A DNA stretch of 64,000 nucleotides from assembly GCA_965208675.1 (NCBI GenBank), contig OZ242351.1:3360001-3424000 (forward strand), written 5' to 3'. The stretch comes from Candidatus Poribacteria bacterium (GTDB lineage Bacteria > Poribacteria > WGA-4E > PCPOR2b). This document shows positions 56,593 to 64,000 of this stretch, piece after piece. Position 1 is the stretch's first letter. Every line of letters starts with the position of its first letter. Under the pieces are notes generated by a model. That model was not told where the DNA came from. It was given only the letters and a program-made list of their open reading frames with translations, and searched no databases. The translations under genes were made by a program, and so were the position numbers.

Positions 56593-58830
56593 ATGCCTCA
56601 TTTTTGGATTTTAATTCGCGTCCCACATGTTTTTCCTCAAGGAAGTGCAATACGCTTTCTCCTGGTGTGGCTGCTGTTATGTCCGTTCATTGCGAGCGCA
56701 CAACCGGACACGATGCAACCTCATACTTCAGCCTACCGAATATCCCAAGACATCAAGATTGACGGAAATCTTGATGAGCCAGAATGGCAAAAAGCCCAGC
56801 CAATCAAGCGGTTCCTCCAAATACAACCGAACCAAGGGGAACCGATGACGCAGCCTTCGGAAGTGCGCATTCTTTATGATGAGAAACACCTATACTTTGG
56901 TTTTACCTTTTACGACTCGGAGATTGAAAAACTGGTCGCCAATGAGATGCGCCGGGATTCTGACGGTTTGCGATCCAACGACTACGGTTATCTGCTCTTG
57001 GACACATACAATGATCGGCGAAACGCAGTTTTCTTCCGTTTCAATCCGTTGGGCGGGATGGAAGACACGGCGGTGTCAAACAGCGGCGATAGTCTAAATG
57101 GGAGCTGGGATATGGTTTGGGAGTGCCGCAGCAAAATCAGTGCGGACCGGTGGACAACGGAGATTGCTATTCCGTTCAGCCAGCTTCGCTTTAAACGAAG
57201 CGACAATATGACATGGGGAATGAACTTCGGGAGGGAAATCGCGCGCAACCAAGAGATTGGGGGGTGGAATCCGGCACCGAAGACGTATGGCCCGCTAGGT
57301 AAATACCGCACCGCCTACTTCGGCAGTCTCGTTGGTTTGGAGGGTATTTCCCCGTCGCGGCATCTGGAAGTGCTGCCTTATGTGTTGTCGGGTGCAAGCC
57401 GGGTCGCCGCAGAAGGTGAAACCGATGAGGTGTTTGAAGGCGGTTTGGACCTGAAGTACGGGATAACCCCAAATATAACTGCCGATTTAACCTTTAACAC
57501 TGACTTTGCCCAAGTCGAAGCTGACCAAGAACAGGTAAACCTTACCCGTTTCGACCTCTTTTTCCCTGAGCAGCGTCCGTTTTTCTTGGAAGGTGCAAGC
57601 ATCTTCGATGTGGGCGTTCCGCGTACCGGTTTTCACCGTCCGCCGCCCTTGCTGCTGTTTTACAGCCGCCGCATCGGCCTTGCTGAAGAACGCGCCATCC
57701 CGATACTCACCGGGGGGAAAATGACCGGGAAAGTCGGCGCTTACAATATCGGGTTTTTGAATGTGTTGACGGACAAGTTTACGGATGATGATTCTCGGGC
57801 GGATGTGGACCGCGTCGATGAACCGCGCACAAACTATTCGGTAATGCGTGTAACGCGGGACATCTTTAGCGGATCTTCCATTGGAGCGATTGCCATCAAT
57901 AAGCAGGACGCTGACGTGTACAACCGCACGGCGGGGCTTGACTTTTCGTACCGCCCGAAGCGGGATATGGATTTCCGCGGGCTATTGGCGCGCACATTTG
58001 AAGAAGGTGTCTCGGAACAAAACAGCGCCGCCTACTTTGGCAGCGATTGGCGAACGAACCGGTTTAAACTCGACGGTTCGTATATCGACATCGGCGAGGA
58101 TTTTAATCCGGAAGTTGGATTTGTTCATCGCAGCGGCATCCGCGGCTTTCGCGGCAACGCCCGGTATACGCCGTGGCCGCGGGCATACGGCATTCGACGC
58201 ATTGAGATTGGACCGCAGTTTGACTTGGTTCTCAATCGAGAGAATACGTTGGAGACACGTGAGACAAAGTTCGACACTGAATTGCAGTTTGAATCGGGCG
58301 ATTGGGCCGGTTTCCAAGTCCAGAACACGACAGAACATCTGCGTGAAGAATTCTCGATTCAGGAGGCAATCATCGCAGTTGGCGATTACGATTTTACGTC
58401 GTTTTTTGCATGGGTCGAGGCCAGTAATAGCCGGAATATCTTCGGGACGTTCATCGTTCAACTAGGTGAATACTATAGCGGTGACATACGCGGTGTACGA
58501 ATTGACGGGACAATCAAGCCCAATGCCCGCCTGAGTATGGAGTCGCTGATTGAGTTTAACCGAATTACGTTCCCTGATAAGGCGTTCAATGCCAACGTTT
58601 TTGGGGGGCGTGTGAGCTATTCCTTTTCGACGACGCTCTTTACGAAATTGTTTGCCCAATGGAGCAGCGAGAAGGATGCAATCTCTACCAATTTTCTAAT
58701 CAACTACATCTACCGTCCCGGCAGCGATTTCTACCTAGTTTTCAACCAAAATTACGATACGCGCGGCGGTGGGACAGATCTCCTCGACTGGACACTCGTA
58801 GGGAAGATGACGTATTGGTGGAATCCGTAA
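56593..58830 (+). CDS. CBM9-like sugar-binding domain / DUF5916 outer-membrane protein
   Basis: IDGNLDEPEW, YD...LYFG, WTTEIAIPFSQLRF, NTDFAQVEAD..QVNLTRF.LFFPE.RPFFLEG; C-terminal YWWNP. Confidence 0.85.
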   Translation: MPHFWILIRVPHVFPQGSAIRFLLVWLLLCPFIASAQPDTMQPHTSAYRISQDIKIDGNLDEPEWQKAQPIKRFLQIQPNQGEPMTQPSEVRILYDEKHLYFGFTFYDSEIEKLVANEMRRDSDGLRSNDYGYLLLDTYNDRRNAVFFRFNPLGGMEDTAVSNSGDSLNGSWDMVWECRSKISADRWTTEIAIPFSQLRFKRSDNMTWGMNFGREIARNQEIGGWNPAPKTYGPLGKYRTAYFGSLVGLEGISPSRHLEVLPYVLSGASRVAAEGETDEVFEGGLDLKYGITPNITADLTFNTDFAQVEADQEQVNLTRFDLFFPEQRPFFLEGASIFDVGVPRTGFHRPPPLLLFYSRRIGLAEERAIPILTGGKMTGKVGAYNIGFLNVLTDKFTDDDSRADVDRVDEPRTNYSVMRVTRDIFSGSSIGAIAINKQDADVYNRTAGLDFSYRPKRDMDFRGLLARTFEEGVSEQNSAAYFGSDWRTNRFKLDGSYIDIGEDFNPEVGFVHRSGIRGFRGNARYTPWPRAYGIRRIEIGPQFDLVLNRENTLETRETKFDTELQFESGDWAGFQVQNTTEHLREEFSIQEAIIAVGDYDFTSFFAWVEASNSRNIFGTFIVQLGEYYSGDIRGVRIDGTIKPNARLSMESLIEFNRITFPDKAFNANVFGGRVSYSFSTTLFTKLFAQWSSEKDAISTNFLINYIYRPGSDFYLVFNQNYDTRGGGTDLLDWTLVGKMTYWWNP

Positions 58831-59098
58831 ATATGCGTTTTCTGCGCGACAGATTTCCTCCGTATAGCCGCTTCGAGTCGTCCGACACCCCAAACAACTC
58901 TCGTCCGATTTGATAAGGTTTAGGTATTTTATACAATCCACAGCGCTATGTTGCTGTGAGCCGCTCCCAGATACGCCGTCCTCGATTCAATATACATGGT
59001 TGGGCTTTCCGCCGGGGATTGTCGCGTCTAGATTTTTCCAATCCAGTCCGAACTTCAAATATGAACTCCATAATTACTGAAGACACTAGAAGAGGCAG

Positions 59099-60001
59099 AT
59101 GGAAATTGTCCAATATACGCCTAAACTGCAAAGTGCTTTGACGGAATTTTATAACCGCCAGACCACCAACATTCCTCATTGCTACCCGGTAAGTGAAGAG
59201 GAGTTTGCCCTTGTGATGCGCGGTGTTACCGGTAAAGCCGACATAAAGGCGGGTGGGCTTGGTTCCGAAATAGTCTTCGTTGCAATAGTAAACGGAGTTG
59301 TAGCAGCATTTATTCACGTCGGCGTCGGACAGATTGGAGATAACAGAGAAATTCCCGTAGGTGTCGTTCGGTTTTTGGGTTACGAGCGCGGTGCACGGCG
59401 TGCCGGGCAAGCCGTGCTTGAAAAAGCAGAAGCATATTTGAAAGCGTATGATGCCGCCCAAATTTTTGCGTTTTCACAAGACTGCCGGTATCGTTTTTAT
59501 CATTTTGAAAATGCTTGCTTATCAGGTGGACTTGACCATGTTCAAGCACTCCTTGGGTTCAACGGTTATTGCCGTTGTTCAGGGGAAATCTTTTTAGCTT
59601 GGGAGAACTATTCTGTTACGTCAACGCCTTCAAGTCTGCCAGTCACACTTTCTCTCGATTGGAAACAGGGGAGCGGGCGACGTCCCAATTGCATTGCATA
59701 TGCCCACCTAGATGGTCAAGAAATCGGGAAATGCGAGTCTGTCTCAGGCGGTGAGTTTTCAAACCACCCCGATGCACAGGACTGGCTTCATACGGTCGGT
59801 CTTGATATAAAGGATGCGTTTCAAGGACAAGGTTTCGGGCGTTATCTGCTCCAGTACACACTGAAAGAGATGCATAAAATCGGATACCGCCACGCGGCGA
59901 TTAGCACTCAGTACGACAACTACCGTGCATTCCTCTTTTACAGCAACTTTGGCTATCGCGTTGTGGATTGGACCTACGAACTGCAGAAGGCAATTCGTTA
60001 G
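59099..60001 (+). CDS. GNAT-family N-acetyltransferase (tandem GNAT)
   Basis: FQGQGFGRYLL, N.RA..FY..FGY. Confidence 0.85.
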   Translation: MEIVQYTPKLQSALTEFYNRQTTNIPHCYPVSEEEFALVMRGVTGKADIKAGGLGSEIVFVAIVNGVVAAFIHVGVGQIGDNREIPVGVVRFLGYERGARRAGQAVLEKAEAYLKAYDAAQIFAFSQDCRYRFYHFENACLSGGLDHVQALLGFNGYCRCSGEIFLAWENYSVTSTPSSLPVTLSLDWKQGSGRRPNCIAYAHLDGQEIGKCESVSGGEFSNHPDAQDWLHTVGLDIKDAFQGQGFGRYLLQYTLKEMHKIGYRHAAISTQYDNYRAFLFYSNFGYRVVDWTYELQKAIR

Positions 60002-60031
60002 AAGATTTGATTTTACATCTTGATAGTCGTT

Positions 60032-60060
60032 TTGACAACGCTGGATTTTGGTGGTACAAT
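60032..60060 (+). promoter_or_regulatory. Sigma70-type promoter
   Basis: TTGACA-N17-TACAAT. Confidence 0.6.
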
Positions 60061-60317
60061 TCCTCGACTAACGCCTCCCACCGGCGCTCAGGAGAGCCTC
60101 GATTCACAGCAGGATCGATGCGGTTGACATGAAAATGCTGTGTCAATTAAGGGATTTTAGCATTTGGATTTGACAATCCAGACCAATTTTTCGTCCTACA
60201 CGTATACACTCTCAATTATATAACGCTTGACTAAATAGTCAAATAAGATTGTGAAGAATTCGGGTTTTTCCACACAGAATCTAAAACATACAGTTTTGCT
60301 TGAGGGACGTGCCTAAT

Positions 60318-62057
60318 ATGAAAGACGTATTCCGGCTTTTGTCGTATCTTAAACCCTATTGGCACTTTCAGATGTTTTACATTTTTTCATCGCTAGGCAT
60401 TTCAGGCGCCATTCTCGCTTTCCCTTGGATTGAGAAGATTTTGATAGACGACGTCTTTATCGCCCGAAACGTTGAGTTGCTTTTGCCGACGTGTGGACTC
60501 TGGATTTTAGCAGTGGCCAGTATGTACTTTTTTTCACTCGGAGTCGCTTACTTTCCAACGAAGGTTGCGGAAAATGGTTCTAAAGACATTCAACTTGATG
60601 CCTACCGTCACCTCCGCAGGTTAGGATTTCGATTTTACGACACCCATCAAACCGGGCAAGTGATGGCAACATTCACGTCGGACACGCCGAAAGCTGTCGA
60701 AGGGTTTAGAGTGTTCGCTGGCGACTATTTCATGAACGGCGTCAGGCTGGTGGTTACCGCCGGCCTCATTGCAGCCATTAGCTGGCAGTTGTGCATCCTT
60801 ACTTTGGCGCTAGCCGCTGTAAATATTCTAATTCCAATCTTCTTGAATAACCCGCTCCAACGAATTGGAGAGAAGGTTCAGGAACAGAAGGCTTTAATTT
60901 CGGGAAGCTTACAGGAGAGCATTGCCGGTTCGCGGGAACTCAAAGGATTGGGAAAGGAGTTCTATGATTTAAAACAACTGCGTAAGTCACTTTTGCGGCT
61001 CGTAACTCTCAATATCAAACAGGTAACAATCCAGAATGTGGGGAATGTCACCCAGGTCTTATTTTTTATAGGAATCGCATTGATATTTCTGGTCGGAGGG
61101 AGGTATGTTCTGCGCGACGCAATTTCGATGGGTGAACTCTTTGCAATCACTCGGTGGTTTGACCTTATAAGCGAGCCTGCGATGCAACTCGTAAGCCTTC
61201 AATTTAGAATTCCATCAATATTGGTTGCCGCCCGCCGCGTGTTTGGTTTTTTGGATGAACACGAGGAAGAGTCCCAAGCCGGGAGACCCATCGAACAGGT
61301 CGATGGAGGCGTTCGATTTTCCAAGGTTTCGTTTGGATACGGCGACAACCAAACCGTATTGAAAGAGGTGAGTTTCCAAGCGGAGCCGGGTGAGACGGTT
61401 GCAGTCGTTGGACCGAGCGGTGCAGGGAAAAGCACATTGATTAACCTGATTCCACGGTTCTATGAACATCAGGGCGGTGAGATTTTGATAGACTCCACAC
61501 CCATTAAGGATATACAGATCCAATCGTTGCGTTCACACGTGGGCATCGTCTTTCAAGACCCGTACCTGTTTGCGGACACAGTGGACTACAACATCCGATT
61601 GGGTGCGGAAGACCCGGAAGCGGTATCACATGAATCGGTTGTTACCGCCGCAAAGTTAGCCAACGCACACAATTTCATCGTGAAATTTCCCGACGAATAT
61701 AAAAGTAAGGTTGGAGAGAAAGGTATTCAATTATCCGGCGGAGAACAGCAGCGGATAGCTATCGCGCGTGTGTTGATAAGGAATCCCAAGATTCTGATTT
61801 TGGATGAGGCAACGTCGTCACTAGATGCGGAATCGGAAGATTTAGTTCAGCAAGCCCTCACACAGCTTATGAAAGGACGCACTAGCTTTGTAATTGCGCA
61901 CCGTCTCTCAACGGTCTTGAACGCAGATAAGATTCTCGTTCTCAGCGATGGAAAAATCGTGGAATCCGGTAAACATGCAGAGCTCATGCAACATGACGGC
62001 GTATACCAAGCCCTGTTCCAGAAACAGTTTGCCGGGATGAAGTCAGCCGAAGCTTAG
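60318..62057 (+). CDS. ABC exporter, fused permease/ATP-binding protein (MsbA/MdlB-like)
   Basis: 6 TM; GPSGAGKS; LSGGEQQRIAIAR; ILILDEATSSLD; IAHRLST. Confidence 0.95.
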   Translation: MKDVFRLLSYLKPYWHFQMFYIFSSLGISGAILAFPWIEKILIDDVFIARNVELLLPTCGLWILAVASMYFFSLGVAYFPTKVAENGSKDIQLDAYRHLRRLGFRFYDTHQTGQVMATFTSDTPKAVEGFRVFAGDYFMNGVRLVVTAGLIAAISWQLCILTLALAAVNILIPIFLNNPLQRIGEKVQEQKALISGSLQESIAGSRELKGLGKEFYDLKQLRKSLLRLVTLNIKQVTIQNVGNVTQVLFFIGIALIFLVGGRYVLRDAISMGELFAITRWFDLISEPAMQLVSLQFRIPSILVAARRVFGFLDEHEEESQAGRPIEQVDGGVRFSKVSFGYGDNQTVLKEVSFQAEPGETVAVVGPSGAGKSTLINLIPRFYEHQGGEILIDSTPIKDIQIQSLRSHVGIVFQDPYLFADTVDYNIRLGAEDPEAVSHESVVTAAKLANAHNFIVKFPDEYKSKVGEKGIQLSGGEQQRIAIARVLIRNPKILILDEATSSLDAESEDLVQQALTQLMKGRTSFVIAHRLSTVLNADKILVLSDGKIVESGKHAELMQHDGVYQALFQKQFAGMKSAEA

Positions 62058-62176
62058 CCCCTGTCGAAGCGAACTTGAAATCCAGGCATCGAAAATTCCG
62101 TTAATCATATATCTATTGACAAAAAGGTCAGATGTAATTTGAGGAGTTTGGGTTTTGCCTTGCAAAGCCCAAAAGA

Positions 62177-63817
62177 TTGGTGAAAACTTTCAAAAACAGA
62201 ATTTCGCTCAACCTTGACGACACAGCAGAAGTGTCCGTGAACGGTTTCATCGCGCCGGTTGAGTACTCTGCTGGAGATTTCCATAAGAGGTGGGACGCAT
62301 TGGCGAATCTAAGGGTCGCTGAGCCAGAGATGCAGTATTCTGCGTCAGTTTTTCGTGCGTTTCTCCCGTCCAAAGCGGTTTCGGCAGGTGAAGTCTGGCG
62401 TATTGAGGAAGCGGGGGCACTGGCGTTGTTGAGGCAACTTCACCCTAATCCACATCTGAATTTGCTCCATGATGTAGGAGACTCCTGTGGATTGTGGGCA
62501 TGTCTGCGTTCCTATAACAATGAACTTGCCCATGTTGTGTTCCGCATTCATGCAGAATTTGCGTTGACGGACGGTTGGTTCACACCCTCCCAATTCGCCG
62601 GACATTTGGTTATCGATCGAAATGAAGACAAGATTGTGTTTTTCCAGATGCGCGTACCTGAAGGTGTAATGAACTTTGATGCTAATTGGCATACGACGGA
62701 AGAAGGGTGGAGACCAGATACGATAATTACCGATACCGGCTTTTGTCCGCAAATGGAATTGCGTGCCGGTATTGAACCCGATGTGCAGAATCTTGAATTC
62801 ATAGAAGCTATTACGGAAGAAGAGGCGGCGCACAAACTGATACTGTGCTTTTACGAATCGGAGCAAATTCATTGGGTGCCGTTGGACGAAGCATTGGAGA
62901 TTGCACAGGTACAGCAGAAACACGTTCACGCCATCTCAGTAGATGGGCCGCTAGCTGACGAATCGTGCTGAGGCAGTGGCAAACTCTTGAGGGCAGTTGC
63001 TCTCTCACACGACCGGGTCATCAAATTCTTGAACGAGAATTTCATCAACACTTGGGCAACCAATGCCGAATTAGGGCGTAAACCCCAATTGCGCGACCCT
63101 ATTGCCAAGAGACGCGAGCGCGAGTCCAAGACCTTTGACACAACGTCCCCATTGGTACAAGCAATCATGAAGGGCTGGAAGAAAGGTTCACCGGTGGATT
63201 GTATGGTTATATCACCGAACTTTGAACTGAGAGGGAAACTTCCACTCAATGAATATACTAGCAACGCCTTGGATGGTGGGAGAACGGCGGCGGAAAACTA
63301 CCGACTGTTTCTCGTAGAATCCTTAGAAGGGAAACGTCCCGGGCTTAGTCGAGACAACTCTTTCGGATATTTATTTGGCGGAGTAGATGATAGCGCCGTG
63401 GAACCGCTCTTAAGTGATTTGAACGTTGTCCTCAACAGTGAGCAACCCTCGCTGGAAGTGTTGGATGTTTTTCGCACCCCAACGCCGGATTGTCAGGATT
63501 ACACTGTCGTAAAAATTGATGTCACGGCGTTTGATACCGGTGGGACGCTAGCGATTGATATCCGAGTCGGCGGCGCCGAACTGGGAGGTTCTTTCTATTT
63601 GTACGATAGCGATGTCGAAATCCCCACAAGCCGCGGAGAGCGTTATTATCACTCGTTTGCCAATGCGACGGATATGCCTCGCAAGGGAGCGGCGCAAATC
63701 CGGTATCCTTTCCATCGACCTCAGGTGTTTAAGCTGGTAGTTGCGGGGGAGGCGGAGAATGGGGACGGGAGTGCCAACGCCTTTCATGCGAGAATTTCTG
63801 TAGAGCAGGCAAATTGA
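62177..63817 (+). CDS. Selenoprotein N (SELENON/SEPN1)-like protein, 546 aa, with an in-frame UGA (62969-62971) read as selenocysteine
   Basis: ORFs 62177..62971 and 62987..63817 share a frame; readthrough gives GPLADESC-U-GSGKLLRAVALSHDRVIKFLNENFINTW, matching animal SelN [16 protein letters not shown]...[27 protein letters not shown] and PQMEL are also conserved. Confidence 0.88.
62989..63004 (+). promoter_or_regulatory. Candidate bacterial SECIS hairpin
   Basis: GAGGGC-AGTT-GCTCTC; loop begins 23 nt after the UGA and has GU at loop positions 2-3. Confidence 0.55.
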
Positions 63818-64000
63818 ACTTGCTGCACGGGTGGTTGAGTAATCAACATGGATTTGCCGCCTAGATGACATTCACGTCAATCACCGGCGACTTTTGCGGT
63901 GCAACACTACGGGGACTCTTGCTGTTTTAATACCGCAGGGTGAACGGCGTTTATAGATTGGGCTATCATGTCACCGATTAATTCGGCTTCAGGCGAATTC

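Noticed and set aside
62969-62971. UGA reassigned genome-wide (genetic code 4 or 25) as the explanation for readthrough
   Set aside because: Many clearly complete genes in the window end in TGA (e.g. 2605, 4662, 6481, 7367, 46034, 63817).
62987-63817. Independent 276-aa gene starting at TTG 62987
   Set aside because: There is no RBS, and SelN similarity runs continuously through the preceding in-frame codons and the UGA.

Overview
Bacterial chromosomal window of about 50% GC. It is most likely from Candidatus Poribacteria or a similar sponge/marine symbiont lineage; this is inferred from tandem LamG and TolB-like proteins sharing an 'AV.P..K...(S/T)WG..K' C-terminal motif, a tandem PhyH-dioxygenase expansion, and ankyrin/TPR proteins. 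From left to right it holds: secreted TolB-like and LamG paralogs; four PhyH-family dioxygenases; an ApnL-like lactonase and a 2-hydroxyacid dehydrogenase; a sigma54-driven amtB-glnK pair; an M16 peptidase and housekeeping genes; an accessory zone at about 21-36 kb; rmuC, hydrolases and an ankyrin protein; a ZraS/ZraR-like sigma54 two-component system next to a twin-TolC Cus-type Cu/Ag efflux operon; and a DUF5916 protein, a GNAT and an ABC exporter. The accessory zone contains a small membrane-protein paralog array, a REP-bracketed HigB-like toxin / antitoxin-TPR / ABC-ATPase / PIN operon, an IS3-end-bounded cargo segment and a candidate sRNA. The best find is that the last two 'ORFs' (62177..62971 and 62987..63817) are one in-frame gene read through a UGA in the motif DESC-U-GSGK. 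It is a bacterial homolog of animal selenoprotein N, with a bacterial-type SECIS-like hairpin just downstream of the UGA. Also notable are an Amt lacking its conserved DFAG..VVH segment and the antitoxin-TPR fusion. All family calls come from motif recognition by eye; no database searches were run.
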